A DNA stretch of 64,000 nt from Alphaproteobacteria bacterium (GTDB taxonomy: Bacteria > Pseudomonadota > Alphaproteobacteria > SP197): positions 896,001 through 960,000 of the forward strand of contig OZ219918.1 of the NCBI GenBank assembly GCA_964291415.2, read 5' to 3'. Below the pieces are notes generated by a model, which saw only the letters and a list, made by a program, of their open reading frames with translations, searched no databases and was not told the DNA's origin. A program made the position numbers and the translations under genes. Of the stretch, positions 18,861 through 28,610 are shown in pieces (position 1 is the first letter of the stretch; the number at the start of each line of letters is the position of its first letter).

Positions 18861-19619
18861 TCAGGCGGTCATGCCGCCGTCGACCACGAGGGTGTGGCCG
18901 GTGATGTATGACGCACAGGCGAGAAAGAGAATACTCTCGGCGAAGTCATCAGGTTCCCCGGCACGGTTCAATGGGACACGCGCGAGGCGTTCCTGGTTGC
19001 CTTCGTCGGACCAGCGGCATTCCCAGGGACTGTCGACCACGCCCGGAGCAACGGCATTGACCCGCACCTCCGGCGCCAGGGCCTTGGCCAGGGCCTGTGT
19101 CAGGTTGATGAGGCCGGCCTTGGACGCGGCGTAGGCCGTCGATGATCCTACTCCCGTGAGACCGGCCACCGAACAGGTGTTGACGATCGCCCCGCCACCC
19201 TGCCTGAGCGCCCCCGCCGCGGCGCGGGCGCACCGGTAGGGACCGACGAGATTGACCGACAGCACCTTCAGCCACATGTCCTCGTCGATGGCGTCAAGAT
19301 CCCGGGGTGGTACCGGGCTTGGCGTTGCCGGCGTACCGGCGTTGTTGACGAGATGGTCGAGGCCGCCGAGTTCATCGATGACGGCCGAGACCATGGCCCC
19401 GCAGCCGTGCTCATCCCCGACGTCACCAGGTGCGGCCACGACATCCAGTCCTTCATCCCGCAGGCTTGCAACCTCCCTGGCGAGATTCGGGTTGCCGGGA
19501 AGGTCGTTGAGGGCCACCCGGGAACCGCAACGGGCAAACAGCGTGGCCGTTGCCAATCCGATGCCGGAGGCGGCGCCGGTGACGAGACTGCGCGTGCCGG
19601 CAAGATCGCAACTGATCAC
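18861..19619 (-). CDS. SDR family oxidoreductase
   Basis: TGAASGIG, NNAG, YAASK. Confidence 0.92.
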   Translation of the reverse strand: MISCDLAGTRSLVTGAASGIGLATATLFARCGSRVALNDLPGNPNLAREVASLRDEGLDVVAAPGDVGDEHGCGAMVSAVIDELGGLDHLVNNAGTPATPSPVPPRDLDAIDEDMWLKVLSVNLVGPYRCARAAAGALRQGGGAIVNTCSVAGLTGVGSSTAYAASKAGLINLTQALAKALAPEVRVNAVAPGVVDSPWECRWSDEGNQERLARVPLNRAGEPDDFAESILFLACASYITGHTLVVDGGMTA

Positions 19620-20497
19620 TGGGTGCCCCTGAGGCCGAGCATGGATCGGGCCTCATCGGATGTTGCGACGCGGCAACCGAGCATGGAGATGATGCCGGCC
19701 GCCTTCTCGACGAGTTCGGCATTGGTCGCCAGCACACCCCGTTCCAGGTAGAGGTTGTCCTCCAGACCGACCCGGACGTGACCGCCCTGATTCACCACTT
19801 CAGCCACCATGGGCATCTGCAGTCGCGAGATTCCGAATCCGGCCCACAGGGCGCCGTCGGGCAGCATCGAGCGAAGTAGGGTCACGGTCTCGGCGGCAGC
19901 TGGAGCCCCCCAGGGAATGCCCATGCACAGCTGGAACATGGGCGGGGACTCGATGAGACCATCGTCGACCATGCGGGTGGCGAGCCGGAGATGACCGGCA
20001 TCGAACACCTCGAGTTCAGGCTTGACGCCGGCAGCGCGAATGCGCCGGGCCATCTCCTCCAGGTGTGCCGGGACGTTGACGAAGGCGCGTTCGCCAAAAT
20101 TCATGGTTGCCACGTCGAGGCTGCACACCTCGGGCAACAGTTCTTCCACGTGGCGGACCCGTTCAGCGGGTGTGCGGAACGATCCTGGCACCGCGGTACG
20201 TGAGGGATCGTCGGCCGACGGAATGAACCCGGCCCCCGGTCCGGTCGTCAGGTTGATGACAATCGTGCTGTCGGAATCTCGGATGCGGCTGGTGACTTCG
20301 GCGTAGAGATCCTGCCTCATCGATGGTGCGCCGGTTTCGGGGTTGCGGACATGTACATGGCAGATCGCCGCGCCGGCCTTCCCGGCATCGATGGCGGCCG
20401 TGGCGATCTCATCCGGGGTGACCGGGACCTTGTCGCTTCTCGAAACGGTGTCACCGCCGCCGGTAACCGCGCAGGTGATGATGACGGGCCGGGACAT
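19616..20497 (-). CDS. beta-keto acid cleavage enzyme (BKACE/Kce family; dehydrocarnitine-cleavage-like)
   Basis: IITCAVTG, CHVHVR (Zn), KPELEVFD, HVRVGLEDN. Confidence 0.92.
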   Translation of the reverse strand: MSRPVIITCAVTGGGDTVSRSDKVPVTPDEIATAAIDAGKAGAAICHVHVRNPETGAPSMRQDLYAEVTSRIRDSDSTIVINLTTGPGAGFIPSADDPSRTAVPGSFRTPAERVRHVEELLPEVCSLDVATMNFGERAFVNVPAHLEEMARRIRAAGVKPELEVFDAGHLRLATRMVDDGLIESPPMFQLCMGIPWGAPAAAETVTLLRSMLPDGALWAGFGISRLQMPMVAEVVNQGGHVRVGLEDNLYLERGVLATNAELVEKAAGIISMLGCRVATSDEARSMLGLRGTQ

Positions 20498-20515
20498 CGA
20501 ACGGACCCTCTCCGC

Positions 20516-20740
20516 TCAGTCCAGCTTGAGCTGTCCGAACCGTCTGGAAAACCGTGCCACCTGTCCGCCGGTGTCGACGAGACGCTGGCTTCCCCCGGTC
20601 CAGGCTGGATGAGACAGGGGGTCAATCTCCAGCGTCATGGTGTCGCCTTCGCTGCCCCACGTGGAGCGGGTCACGAATTCCGTACCGTCAGTCATGACGA
20701 TCCTGATGTCGTGATAGTCAGGATGAATACCGTCCTTCAT
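20516..20740 (-). CDS. rpmE: 50S ribosomal protein L31
   Basis: [10 protein letters not shown]...TRSTWG...[14 protein letters not shown] (Cys-free alphaproteobacterial form). Confidence 0.96.
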   Translation of the reverse strand: MKDGIHPDYHDIRIVMTDGTEFVTRSTWGSEGDTMTLEIDPLSHPAWTGGSQRLVDTGGQVARFSRRFGQLKLD

Positions 20741-20875
20741 GGCCAACCCCCGTTGTGCGGCACCGGTTTATAGGCAACCACCTCGTTGCATGCAAGGCCG
20801 GTCGTGGTTGGCGGCGGCATCGACGGGGCCGACAACGATCTCGCCACCGATGGCGCAATTGTTGCCGGCGAGGTG

Positions 20876-22093
20876 TCAAGAAAGGAAGGGGTTTTCGTCA
20901 GTGCCGGCTTGCAGCCATGTCGAGCGATGCAGATCCCGCCAACCGACACATTCGGTGCCCTTGCGGGATTGTCCCCTGTCACCGCCGAACACCAGTCGCG
21001 TCGTCGGATGGTGGGTGTCGGCGGACTCTGCCAGGAGTTCCTTGAAGCGCCGCAGAGGTCGCAGGAAGCTCTCATCCACAGTCGCGCCGGACTTCACTTC
21101 GCAAGCGATGATGGACAAGCCACTCTGAATGACAAGGTCGACTTCCGGTCCGCGCGCGGACCGGAAATGGAACATGCCACCGGGTTCACCGCGATGAATC
21201 CGGTGCTTGAAAATCTCGGCGGCGACCCAGCTTTCGAAGATGGCGCCGCGCAACGGATGGTGTCGCAGTTCATCGGCCGAACGGATGCCCAGGAGACGAC
21301 ATGCGAGACCACTGTCCATAACGTGAAGCTTTGGCGCCTTGACCAGTTGCTTGCGCAGGTCTCTGTGCCAGGCCGGCAGGCGGAACACGAGAAAACCCGC
21401 CTCCAGAACTGACATCCAGGCGCGGATGGTGTTATGCGAAACACCCGCATCTCCCCCGATATCGGAGAGATTGATCTCCTGTGCAGTGCGGCTCGCTGCC
21501 AATGCCATGAAGCGGCCAAAAGCCTCGAGGTTGCCAATCTGCGACACTTGGCGCAGATCCCGTTCAACGTACGTGGCCAGATAGTTGGCCAGCCAGCGTC
21601 CGGCGTTCAGTCGGCGCCCGTGAATGGCCGGATAGCCTCCCCGGAACATCACCTCGCAGAGGTCGGTTGTGGCAGAATCGAAGGCGATCAGCTCGTCGAA
21701 ACTCAAGGGCAGCAGGTGGACGATTGCGGTCCGGCCGGCCAGAGACTGGGTGATCGCTCGGGTGAGTCCGAAGTGTTGCGATCCGGTGACGATGTAGCGC
21801 CCTGGCTCCGGTCGCTCGTCGACGATGGTCTGGATGTAGCTGCTCAGGTCGGGAGCGTGCTGGATTTCGTCGATGATGGCGCCGTCGGGGTACTCTGCCA
21901 GGAATCCACGTGGATCGCTGCGCGCATACTCGCGTTCGTCGAGTGGCTCCAGGTTGACGTAGGGCTTCTTCGGAAACACCGCCCGGCAAAACGTGGTCTT
22001 GCCGGATTGTCGGGGGCCGGTGATAGTCACCACGGGATAGTCATCCGCGATGCCGAGAACCAGTGTTTCCAGTGCACGAGGTTTGTATGGCAT
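20876..22093 (-). CDS. AAA_14/DUF4143 ATP-binding protein with C-terminal PD-(D/E)xK-like domain
   Basis: GPRQSGKTT, IDEIQ, TGS, SLAGR, GGYP, YVERD, GAIFES, EVDLVI...EVKSG. Confidence 0.9.
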   Translation of the reverse strand: MPYKPRALETLVLGIADDYPVVTITGPRQSGKTTFCRAVFPKKPYVNLEPLDEREYARSDPRGFLAEYPDGAIIDEIQHAPDLSSYIQTIVDERPEPGRYIVTGSQHFGLTRAITQSLAGRTAIVHLLPLSFDELIAFDSATTDLCEVMFRGGYPAIHGRRLNAGRWLANYLATYVERDLRQVSQIGNLEAFGRFMALAASRTAQEINLSDIGGDAGVSHNTIRAWMSVLEAGFLVFRLPAWHRDLRKQLVKAPKLHVMDSGLACRLLGIRSADELRHHPLRGAIFESWVAAEIFKHRIHRGEPGGMFHFRSARGPEVDLVIQSGLSIIACEVKSGATVDESFLRPLRRFKELLAESADTHHPTTRLVFGGDRGQSRKGTECVGWRDLHRSTWLQAGTDENPFLS

Positions 22094-22128
22094 GCATGAA
22101 TTGTAATCGTGACTTACAAATTATGCAA
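22093..22128 (-). promoter_or_regulatory. sigma70 promoter overlapped by a palindrome, positioned for leaderless transcription
   Basis: Minus strand TTGCAT-17 nt-TACAAT-TCATGC-ATG; inverted repeat TGCATGAATTGTAA-N7-TTACAAATTATGCA (12/14). Confidence 0.65.
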
Positions 22129-22508
22129 TCCCGTGGTCATGAACGCTCATGACTCGACCCGCAGTTCACAAGCATCGGAACGCCGTCCGGCCGTTGCGGG
22201 CTCCGCCGGACGGACGCCGTGGTGGTCGCGGATGATGCCGGTGGCGTGGACAGTGTCGATCGCCCGGCAGACCCAGAGTCAGAACCTGAATGGCGGATAT
22301 CCGGAACCGCCGGACGACCGGAAAGCCTGCCTTGACGGTCCTGGGCAGCGTCTCTCGCGGGAGGCCGCCAGCCACGTCAGCGATGCCGGTCTCGCAACAG
22401 CCGGAGATCGCCTTGGAACAACGCAACCGCCGGGTGCGGAGGTGACCCTCACGATTGGCCGTTGCCACTCACTGATCATACCCTGATGGCCCGGAACCGG
22501 AGCGATTC

Positions 22509-24173
22509 ATGCAGGAGGCTTTCGATTTCATCATCGTTGGAGCCGGCTCGGCGGGATGTGTCCTCGCCAACCGTCTGAGCGAGGATGGCCGGGCGACGGT
22601 CCTGCTGCTCGAGGCGGGGGGCCGTGACCGGCACCTCTACATGCCGATTCCTGCAGGTTTCATGGACATTCTCAATGCCGAAGGCGTGCGGTGGACCTAC
22701 TTCAGCGAACCGGAACCGCAGCTCGGCCACCGCCGCATGTGGCAGCACCGCGGCAAAGTGCTCGGTGGTTCTTCGTCCATCAACGCCATGATGTACATCC
22801 GAGGCCATGCCCTCGACTACGACACCTGGGCCGCCATGGGAGCATCTGGCTGGGCCTGGCCGGACGTGCTGCCGTACTTTCGCCGCATGGAGACCTACGA
22901 CAGGGGAGCGGATACCTACCGGGGCGACAGCGGACCGCTTCGCGTACAGTCAGCAGGCCGTGATTCGCCTCTCTTCGAGAGCTTCGTGGAGGCCGGCGTC
23001 CAGGCGGGCTACTACTTCAACCCTGATGTCAACGGTCGCACTCAGGAAGGATTCGGCCCCTGCGACAGCACGGTCTGGAGGGGCCGCAGGTCAAGCACGG
23101 CCCGCACGTACCTCAGTGCCGCGGCAGGCCGGCGCAATCTCGAGGTGAGGACAGGCGCCCGGGCTCTCAAGGTGGTGCTCGACGGCCACCGGGCCACGGC
23201 CGTGCGGTATCGCAGGAACGGGCGCGAGCAGGAGGTTCGTGCACGACACGAGATCGTGCTTGCATGCGGCGCCATCAACACCCCGCACCTACTCATGCTG
23301 TCGGGCATTGGTCCGTCGGATGAGCTTGTCCGCCACGGCATCGATGTGGTCGTCGACCATCCGGATGTCGGAGCCAACCTGATGGATCATCTGTGCCTCT
23401 ACATGCAGTGGCTCTGCCTCAAGCCGGTGAGCCTGCAACCCCACGCCCGTCCTCCGCGACGCTGGCTGACGGGTGCACGGTGGTTGCTGACACGTACCGG
23501 CGTTGCCGCCCGCACCCAGGGTGAGGCAGTGGCGTTCATGCGCAGCCGTCCCGGGGTGCGGCAGCCTGATCTGCAGGTCGACTTCATGCCTGCGGCCTTT
23601 CTCGAGAGCCGGGAGGTCGCACCCGTTCCTCATGCGTTCGCCGTTCACTTCGGTCCGCTCAGACCGACCAGTCGCGGGCGGATCGCATTGCAGTCGTCCG
23701 ACTCCTTCCAGCCGCCCCGGATCATCTTCAATTACCTCTCCACCGAAGAGGACTGGCGTGACATGCGCCGCGCGGTCTGTCTCGTGCGAGAGGTGTTTCG
23801 CCAGCCGGCCTTCGACGGCCTGCGTGGACCCGAGCTGTTGCCCGGCGACGACGTGGTGAGCGGGGAGGGCATCGACGCCTTCATCCGCGACACCGCCACC
23901 ACCAATTTCCATGTCTGCGGCACCTGCCGCATGGGCGAGGAGACGGTGCTGGATTCTGAGTGCCGGGTGCGCGGTGTTGATCGCCTGCGCGTAGCCGACG
24001 CTTCCGTCATGCCGCGAATCACGAGCGGCAACACCAACGCCCCGACCATCATGATTGCCGAAAAGGTGTCCGACATGATCCGGGGAATCAGCGAGCCTCC
24101 GGCTGTCGTCGATGTTCCCGTCGAGAAGGACTGGGAGACGACGCAGCGGCCTGGATACCCGGTGCGCTCCTGA
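22509..24173 (+). CDS. GMC oxidoreductase (choline dehydrogenase-like)
   Basis: GAGSAG, RGKVLGGSSSINAM, HVCGTCRMG, GNTNAPTIMIAEK. Confidence 0.9.
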   Translation: MQEAFDFIIVGAGSAGCVLANRLSEDGRATVLLLEAGGRDRHLYMPIPAGFMDILNAEGVRWTYFSEPEPQLGHRRMWQHRGKVLGGSSSINAMMYIRGHALDYDTWAAMGASGWAWPDVLPYFRRMETYDRGADTYRGDSGPLRVQSAGRDSPLFESFVEAGVQAGYYFNPDVNGRTQEGFGPCDSTVWRGRRSSTARTYLSAAAGRRNLEVRTGARALKVVLDGHRATAVRYRRNGREQEVRARHEIVLACGAINTPHLLMLSGIGPSDELVRHGIDVVVDHPDVGANLMDHLCLYMQWLCLKPVSLQPHARPPRRWLTGARWLLTRTGVAARTQGEAVAFMRSRPGVRQPDLQVDFMPAAFLESREVAPVPHAFAVHFGPLRPTSRGRIALQSSDSFQPPRIIFNYLSTEEDWRDMRRAVCLVREVFRQPAFDGLRGPELLPGDDVVSGEGIDAFIRDTATTNFHVCGTCRMGEETVLDSECRVRGVDRLRVADASVMPRITSGNTNAPTIMIAEKVSDMIRGISEPPAVVDVPVEKDWETTQRPGYPVRS

Positions 24174-24182
24174 CCGCTTCAC

Positions 24183-26042
24183 TTGTTGGCCCGATTGACC
24201 GCTGATATAGCAGCGCCTGTGTCGAGATCAGGTCCAAAGACCAGGCGCCCTGGCAGCAGGACGGAATCACCGGAACGCGAGGGCAGTCGTGATCTGGGCG
24301 AACTGCGGCGCCTTCTTCCCTACCTTGCTCCCTACAAGGTCCAGGTGGCAGGCGCCGTTCTGGCGCTTATCGTCGCTGCGGTGGCTGTCCTGTGCCTCGG
24401 TGTCGGGCTGAGAGTCCTGATCGACCGGGGGCTGGCCGAGACAGACACCGGCATCCTCAACCAGGCCCTTGTCGTTCTCATGGTCATCGTCGTGATCCTC
24501 GCGATCGCCAGTTTTGCCCGATCATGGCTGGTCTCCTGGATCGGCGAGCGCGTGGTGGCGGATTTGCGACGGGACGTCTTCGACCGGATGATCGCCATGT
24601 CGCCCACCTTCTTCGAGGTGACCCGCACCGGCGAGGTGCATTCCAGGCTCGTGACGGACACATCCGTCCTGCAGACGGTTGTCGGATCATCGGTGTCCAT
24701 GGCCTTGCGCAACGTCCTCCTGCTGGCCGGTGGCACGGCCATGCTTGCGGTGACAAGCGCCAGACTGACAGCAATCGTGGTTCTCATGGTGCCGGTGGTG
24801 CTGATGCCGGTCCTGTTGTTTGGCCGCCGTGTGCGCCGCCTGTCGCGGCTGTCGCAGGACCATCTTGCCGATGTCGGCCACCGGGTTGACGAATCACTGA
24901 GTGCCGTTCCCACCGTCCAGGCCTTCGTCCGCGAAGACTTCGAACGCCAGCGTTTCGGCGGCACGGTCGAGACGGCGTTCCACACGGCGGTGCGGCGCAT
25001 CACTGCCCGAAGCTACCTGTTTTCCAGTGTCATCCTGTTGCTTTTCGGCGGCATTGCCGGTGTCCTGTGGATGGGAGGGCACGATGTGCTCGCCGGCCGC
25101 ATCAGCGGCGGGGACCTGGCGTCGTTCGTCTTCTACGCGGTGATCGTGGCCGCCGCCGCCGGCGTGCTGAGCGAAATCTGGGGCGAACTCCAGAGAGCCG
25201 CCGGCGCCGCGGAACGCCTGAGCGAACTGCTCCTGGCGCGATCGGACATATGCGAGCCGGCAGATCCCGTGGCGTTGCCCGAGCCGCCACAGGGGATCGT
25301 CAGTGTTCAGGATGTCATCTTCCGCTATGACACTCGCCCCGACGAGCCCGCCGTCAACGGTGTGTCGTTCGATGTCGGACGTGGCGAGACCGTGGCCCTG
25401 GTCGGGCATTCAGGGTCCGGAAAAAGCACCCTGTTTCGCCTCCTCCTGCGATTTCACGATCCTCAGGAGGGAACCATCACCCTGGACGGTGTCGACGTCC
25501 GGGAGGCCCCCATCGCCAGCCTGAGGCAGCGCATTGCTCTTGTGCCCCAGGAGCCGGTGATCTTCGGTGCGTCGGTTGCCGACAACATCCGTTATGGCAG
25601 GCCGGGGGCGACCCTGGATGATGTCCGCGCCGCCGCGCGGAGTGCTTATGCTGACGGGTTCATCGACCGCCTCGCGGACGGCTACGACACCTTTGTCGGA
25701 GAACGCGGAACACGTCTTTCCATCGGCGAGCGTCAACGGATCGCCATTGCCCGGGCGATCCTGAAAGACGCGCCCCTGCTGCTGCTTGATGAGGCGACCA
25801 GTGCTCTCGACGCGGAAAGCGAACGGGAAGTGCAGAAGGCCCTGAAGACACTGATGACAGGGAGGTCAACCCTGGTCATTGCCCACAGGCTGGCGACGGT
25901 CCTCAAGGCCGATCGGATCATCGTCCTTCACGAGGGACGGATCGTCGAAAGCGGGCGCCATGGAGACCTGGTGGCGGCCGATGGCCGCTACGCACGGCTT
26001 GCCCAGTTACAGTTCGATGAGACTCTTCCCGATCTGGGATGA
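24183..26042 (+). CDS. ABC exporter, fused permease/ATPase (MsbA-related)
   Basis: Six TM segments, WIGERVVADLR, GHSGSGKST, LLDEATSALD; start uncertain. Confidence 0.9.
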   Translation: MLARLTADIAAPVSRSGPKTRRPGSRTESPEREGSRDLGELRRLLPYLAPYKVQVAGAVLALIVAAVAVLCLGVGLRVLIDRGLAETDTGILNQALVVLMVIVVILAIASFARSWLVSWIGERVVADLRRDVFDRMIAMSPTFFEVTRTGEVHSRLVTDTSVLQTVVGSSVSMALRNVLLLAGGTAMLAVTSARLTAIVVLMVPVVLMPVLLFGRRVRRLSRLSQDHLADVGHRVDESLSAVPTVQAFVREDFERQRFGGTVETAFHTAVRRITARSYLFSSVILLLFGGIAGVLWMGGHDVLAGRISGGDLASFVFYAVIVAAAAGVLSEIWGELQRAAGAAERLSELLLARSDICEPADPVALPEPPQGIVSVQDVIFRYDTRPDEPAVNGVSFDVGRGETVALVGHSGSGKSTLFRLLLRFHDPQEGTITLDGVDVREAPIASLRQRIALVPQEPVIFGASVADNIRYGRPGATLDDVRAAARSAYADGFIDRLADGYDTFVGERGTRLSIGERQRIAIARAILKDAPLLLLDEATSALDAESEREVQKALKTLMTGRSTLVIAHRLATVLKADRIIVLHEGRIVESGRHGDLVAADGRYARLAQLQFDETLPDLG

Positions 26043-27049
26043 CGCTGCAGGTGGAGGATTCACCATTGTTGAAGACACGATTTACCGAACTGTTCGGTTC
26101 GCGACATCCCCTGTGTTGCGGAGGCATGACCCATGTTGGCCGTGCGCCCTTTGTTGCTGCGGCATGCGAAGCCGGGGTCCTGGGGTTTCTGACCGCGCTT
26201 ACCCAGCCCGACCCGGAAGAGCTGCAGCGGGAAATCGACCGTCTGCGCGACGCCACCGACCAGCCATTCGGCGTCAACCTCACGATCCTGCCGACGCTGA
26301 AGCCTGTTCCCTACGCGGAGTACCTCGATGCGGCGCTTGAGGCCGGCGTCACGATCATCGAGACCGCGGGCAACAACCCGGAGCGCTTCGTACCAAGGAT
26401 CAGGGCCGCCGGGGCGCGACTCATCCACAAGTGCACGTCATTGCGCCATGCCATCAAGGCCCAGAAGATTGGCTGCGACGCGATCGCCATCGACGGTTTC
26501 GAGTGCGCCGGACACCCGGGCGAGGATGACGTGCCCGGACTCGTGCTGATCCCGGTGGTCGTCGACAAGCTCACCATTCCGGTCATCGCGTCCGGCGGAT
26601 TCGCCGATGGCCGCGGGCTGGTGGCGGCGCTGGCTCTGGGTGCGGAGGGCATCAACATGGGCACCCGCTTCATGGTCACCCGGGAAGCCGCCATTCACGC
26701 CCGGGTCAAGGAGGCCGCGGTTCAGGCCACGGAACGCGACACCCAGCTCATTCTGCGCAGTTTCCGCAACACGGCCCGTTTCTTTCGCAATTCCGTCACG
26801 CAAAAGGTGGCGGAGCTCGAGGCGAGGCCAGGTGGTGTGACCATCGAGGAACTGGCGCCGCTCGTTGCCGGGGCGGAAGGGCGCCGGCTCTTCGACGAAG
26901 GCGATCTCGAGTCCGGCATCTGGTCCGCCGGCCAGGTCCTGGGCCTGATCAACGATGTTCCTTCCATGAAGGAACTTGTCGAGCGGATCATGGCTGACGC
27001 CGCGACCATCATGGAGCGGCGTCTGCCATCAATGCACGTCACCGCATGA
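26039..27049 (+). CDS. nitronate monooxygenase-family NAD(P)H-dependent flavin oxidoreductase
   Basis: PFGVNLT, IETAG, DGFECAGHPG, ASGGFADGRG, MGTRF. Confidence 0.9.
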   Translation: MTLQVEDSPLLKTRFTELFGSRHPLCCGGMTHVGRAPFVAAACEAGVLGFLTALTQPDPEELQREIDRLRDATDQPFGVNLTILPTLKPVPYAEYLDAALEAGVTIIETAGNNPERFVPRIRAAGARLIHKCTSLRHAIKAQKIGCDAIAIDGFECAGHPGEDDVPGLVLIPVVVDKLTIPVIASGGFADGRGLVAALALGAEGINMGTRFMVTREAAIHARVKEAAVQATERDTQLILRSFRNTARFFRNSVTQKVAELEARPGGVTIEELAPLVAGAEGRRLFDEGDLESGIWSAGQVLGLINDVPSMKELVERIMADAATIMERRLPSMHVTA

Positions 27050-27764
27050 TCTGGCCGCCGTTGACGTCCATGGTCGCGCCGGTGATGAAGTCCGCCTCGT
27101 CCGCCACGAGGAAGAGAACACAGCGCGCCACATCCTCGACTCGCCCGAGGCGTCCTGCCGGAATGTGATTGCGGACGAGATCGTCGAGCCATTCCTGCGG
27201 AGCGACACGCACCATGTCCGTGTCGATGTATCCGGGCGCCACGGCGTTGACGGTGACCCCCCGGGCGATACTCTCCTTTGCCAGAGCCTTGGTGAAGGAG
27301 ATGATGGCGCCCTTGGCGGCACCGTAGGCGGTTTCACCATAGTTCGGGGAAAAGGCCGACAGTGAGGCGATGTTGACGATACGTCCGAAACCGGCCTTGC
27401 GCATGGGCGCGATGACCTGGTGGGTGACGTTGAAGTAGCCGTTGAGATTGGTGTCGATCACCTGCCGCCAGACGTCATCGCCCATCTTGTGCATGAAGCG
27501 GTCCGGCGAGATGCCGGCGTTGTTGACCAGGATGTCGATGGTGCCGTGATCGGCCACCACCCGCTCGACCCCTTCTCGCGACGCCTGATAGTCGGCGACG
27601 TTCCACTTGTAGGCGGGGATGGCGTGTTCTGCTGTCAGGCTGCGTGCGGCATCGTCGTTGGCCCGGTAGTTGGCCGCCACCCGGTAGCCGGCGGCGGCAA
27701 GCGCGCGTGCAATACCCCGACCGATACCTCGTGACGCTCCGGTCACAAGCGCCAGTCTTGTCAT
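27039..27764 (-). CDS. acetoacetyl-CoA reductase (PhbB)-like SDR
   Basis: TGASRGIG, IPAYKWNV, NNAGI, YGAAK, APGYIDT; the substrate loop diverges from canonical PhbB. Confidence 0.8.
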   Translation of the reverse strand: MTRLALVTGASRGIGRGIARALAAAGYRVAANYRANDDAARSLTAEHAIPAYKWNVADYQASREGVERVVADHGTIDILVNNAGISPDRFMHKMGDDVWRQVIDTNLNGYFNVTHQVIAPMRKAGFGRIVNIASLSAFSPNYGETAYGAAKGAIISFTKALAKESIARGVTVNAVAPGYIDTDMVRVAPQEWLDDLVRNHIPAGRLGRVEDVARCVLFLVADEADFITGATMDVNGGQIMR

Positions 27765-27839
27765 GGCGATCCATTCCCTGCTCATGTGGCACAATCACTG
27801 GAGCATCATTGTCGCCGAATTGTCCCGAGGGAGAAACAC

Positions 27840-28610
27840 GTGAGCCGCTTCATCGATCTTCAGCGTCAGGCACGAGGCCGCGTCGAGGTTGTCCTCGACC
27901 GGCCGGACAAGCTGAATGCTCTCTCACTCGTGCTCCTGGGAGAACTGGCCGAAGTCCTGAACAATCTGGATGGCGACGGCGAACTGCGCTGCGTGGTGCT
28001 CTGCGGCGCCGGTCGTGCGTTCTCCGCTGGCGCCGATCTGGCGGATCTCCGCCGACTGGACCCGTCCAACGCGGAACGGTTCATCCGTTGCCTGCACGCC
28101 GCCTGCCAGGCGGTGAGGGACTGTCCGGTTCCGGTGATTGCGAGGATCGACGGTCCGTGTCTGGGTGGCGCCCTCGAACTTGCCGCGAGTTGCGACATGC
28201 GTGCCGCATCCGAACGCTCGACCTTCGCCATGCCGGAAGTGAGGCTCGGCATTCCCTCGGTGATCGAGGCCGCTCTGCTGCCGCGACTGATGGGCTGGGG
28301 ACGGGCCGCGGAACTGCTCTTCACCGGCCGAACGCTGAGCGCGAGTGAAGCACTCGCCGCCGGCCTGGTGGAGGCCGTGGCAGAGGATCCGGCGGATATC
28401 GTGGAGAACTGGGCAGGCGACATTCTCGATGCCGGGCCATGCGCCATCCGGGCCCAGAAGAGTCTGATGCGGGCCTGGGAGCGCTCGCACGTGGACGACG
28501 CCATCGAGGCCGGCGTCGAGGCTTTCTGCAGGAGCTGGGAGAGTGACGAGGCGCCCCGGAGAATAGGCCGCATTGTCGCCGGGCGGCCCGCTACCGGTCG
28601 GTCAGCTTGA
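27840..28610 (+). CDS. enoyl-CoA hydratase/isomerase family protein
   Basis: AFSAGADL, CLGGALEL, AMPEVRLGIP. Confidence 0.9.
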   Translation: MSRFIDLQRQARGRVEVVLDRPDKLNALSLVLLGELAEVLNNLDGDGELRCVVLCGAGRAFSAGADLADLRRLDPSNAERFIRCLHAACQAVRDCPVPVIARIDGPCLGGALELAASCDMRAASERSTFAMPEVRLGIPSVIEAALLPRLMGWGRAAELLFTGRTLSASEALAAGLVEAVAEDPADIVENWAGDILDAGPCAIRAQKSLMRAWERSHVDDAIEAGVEAFCRSWESDEAPRRIGRIVAGRPATGRSA

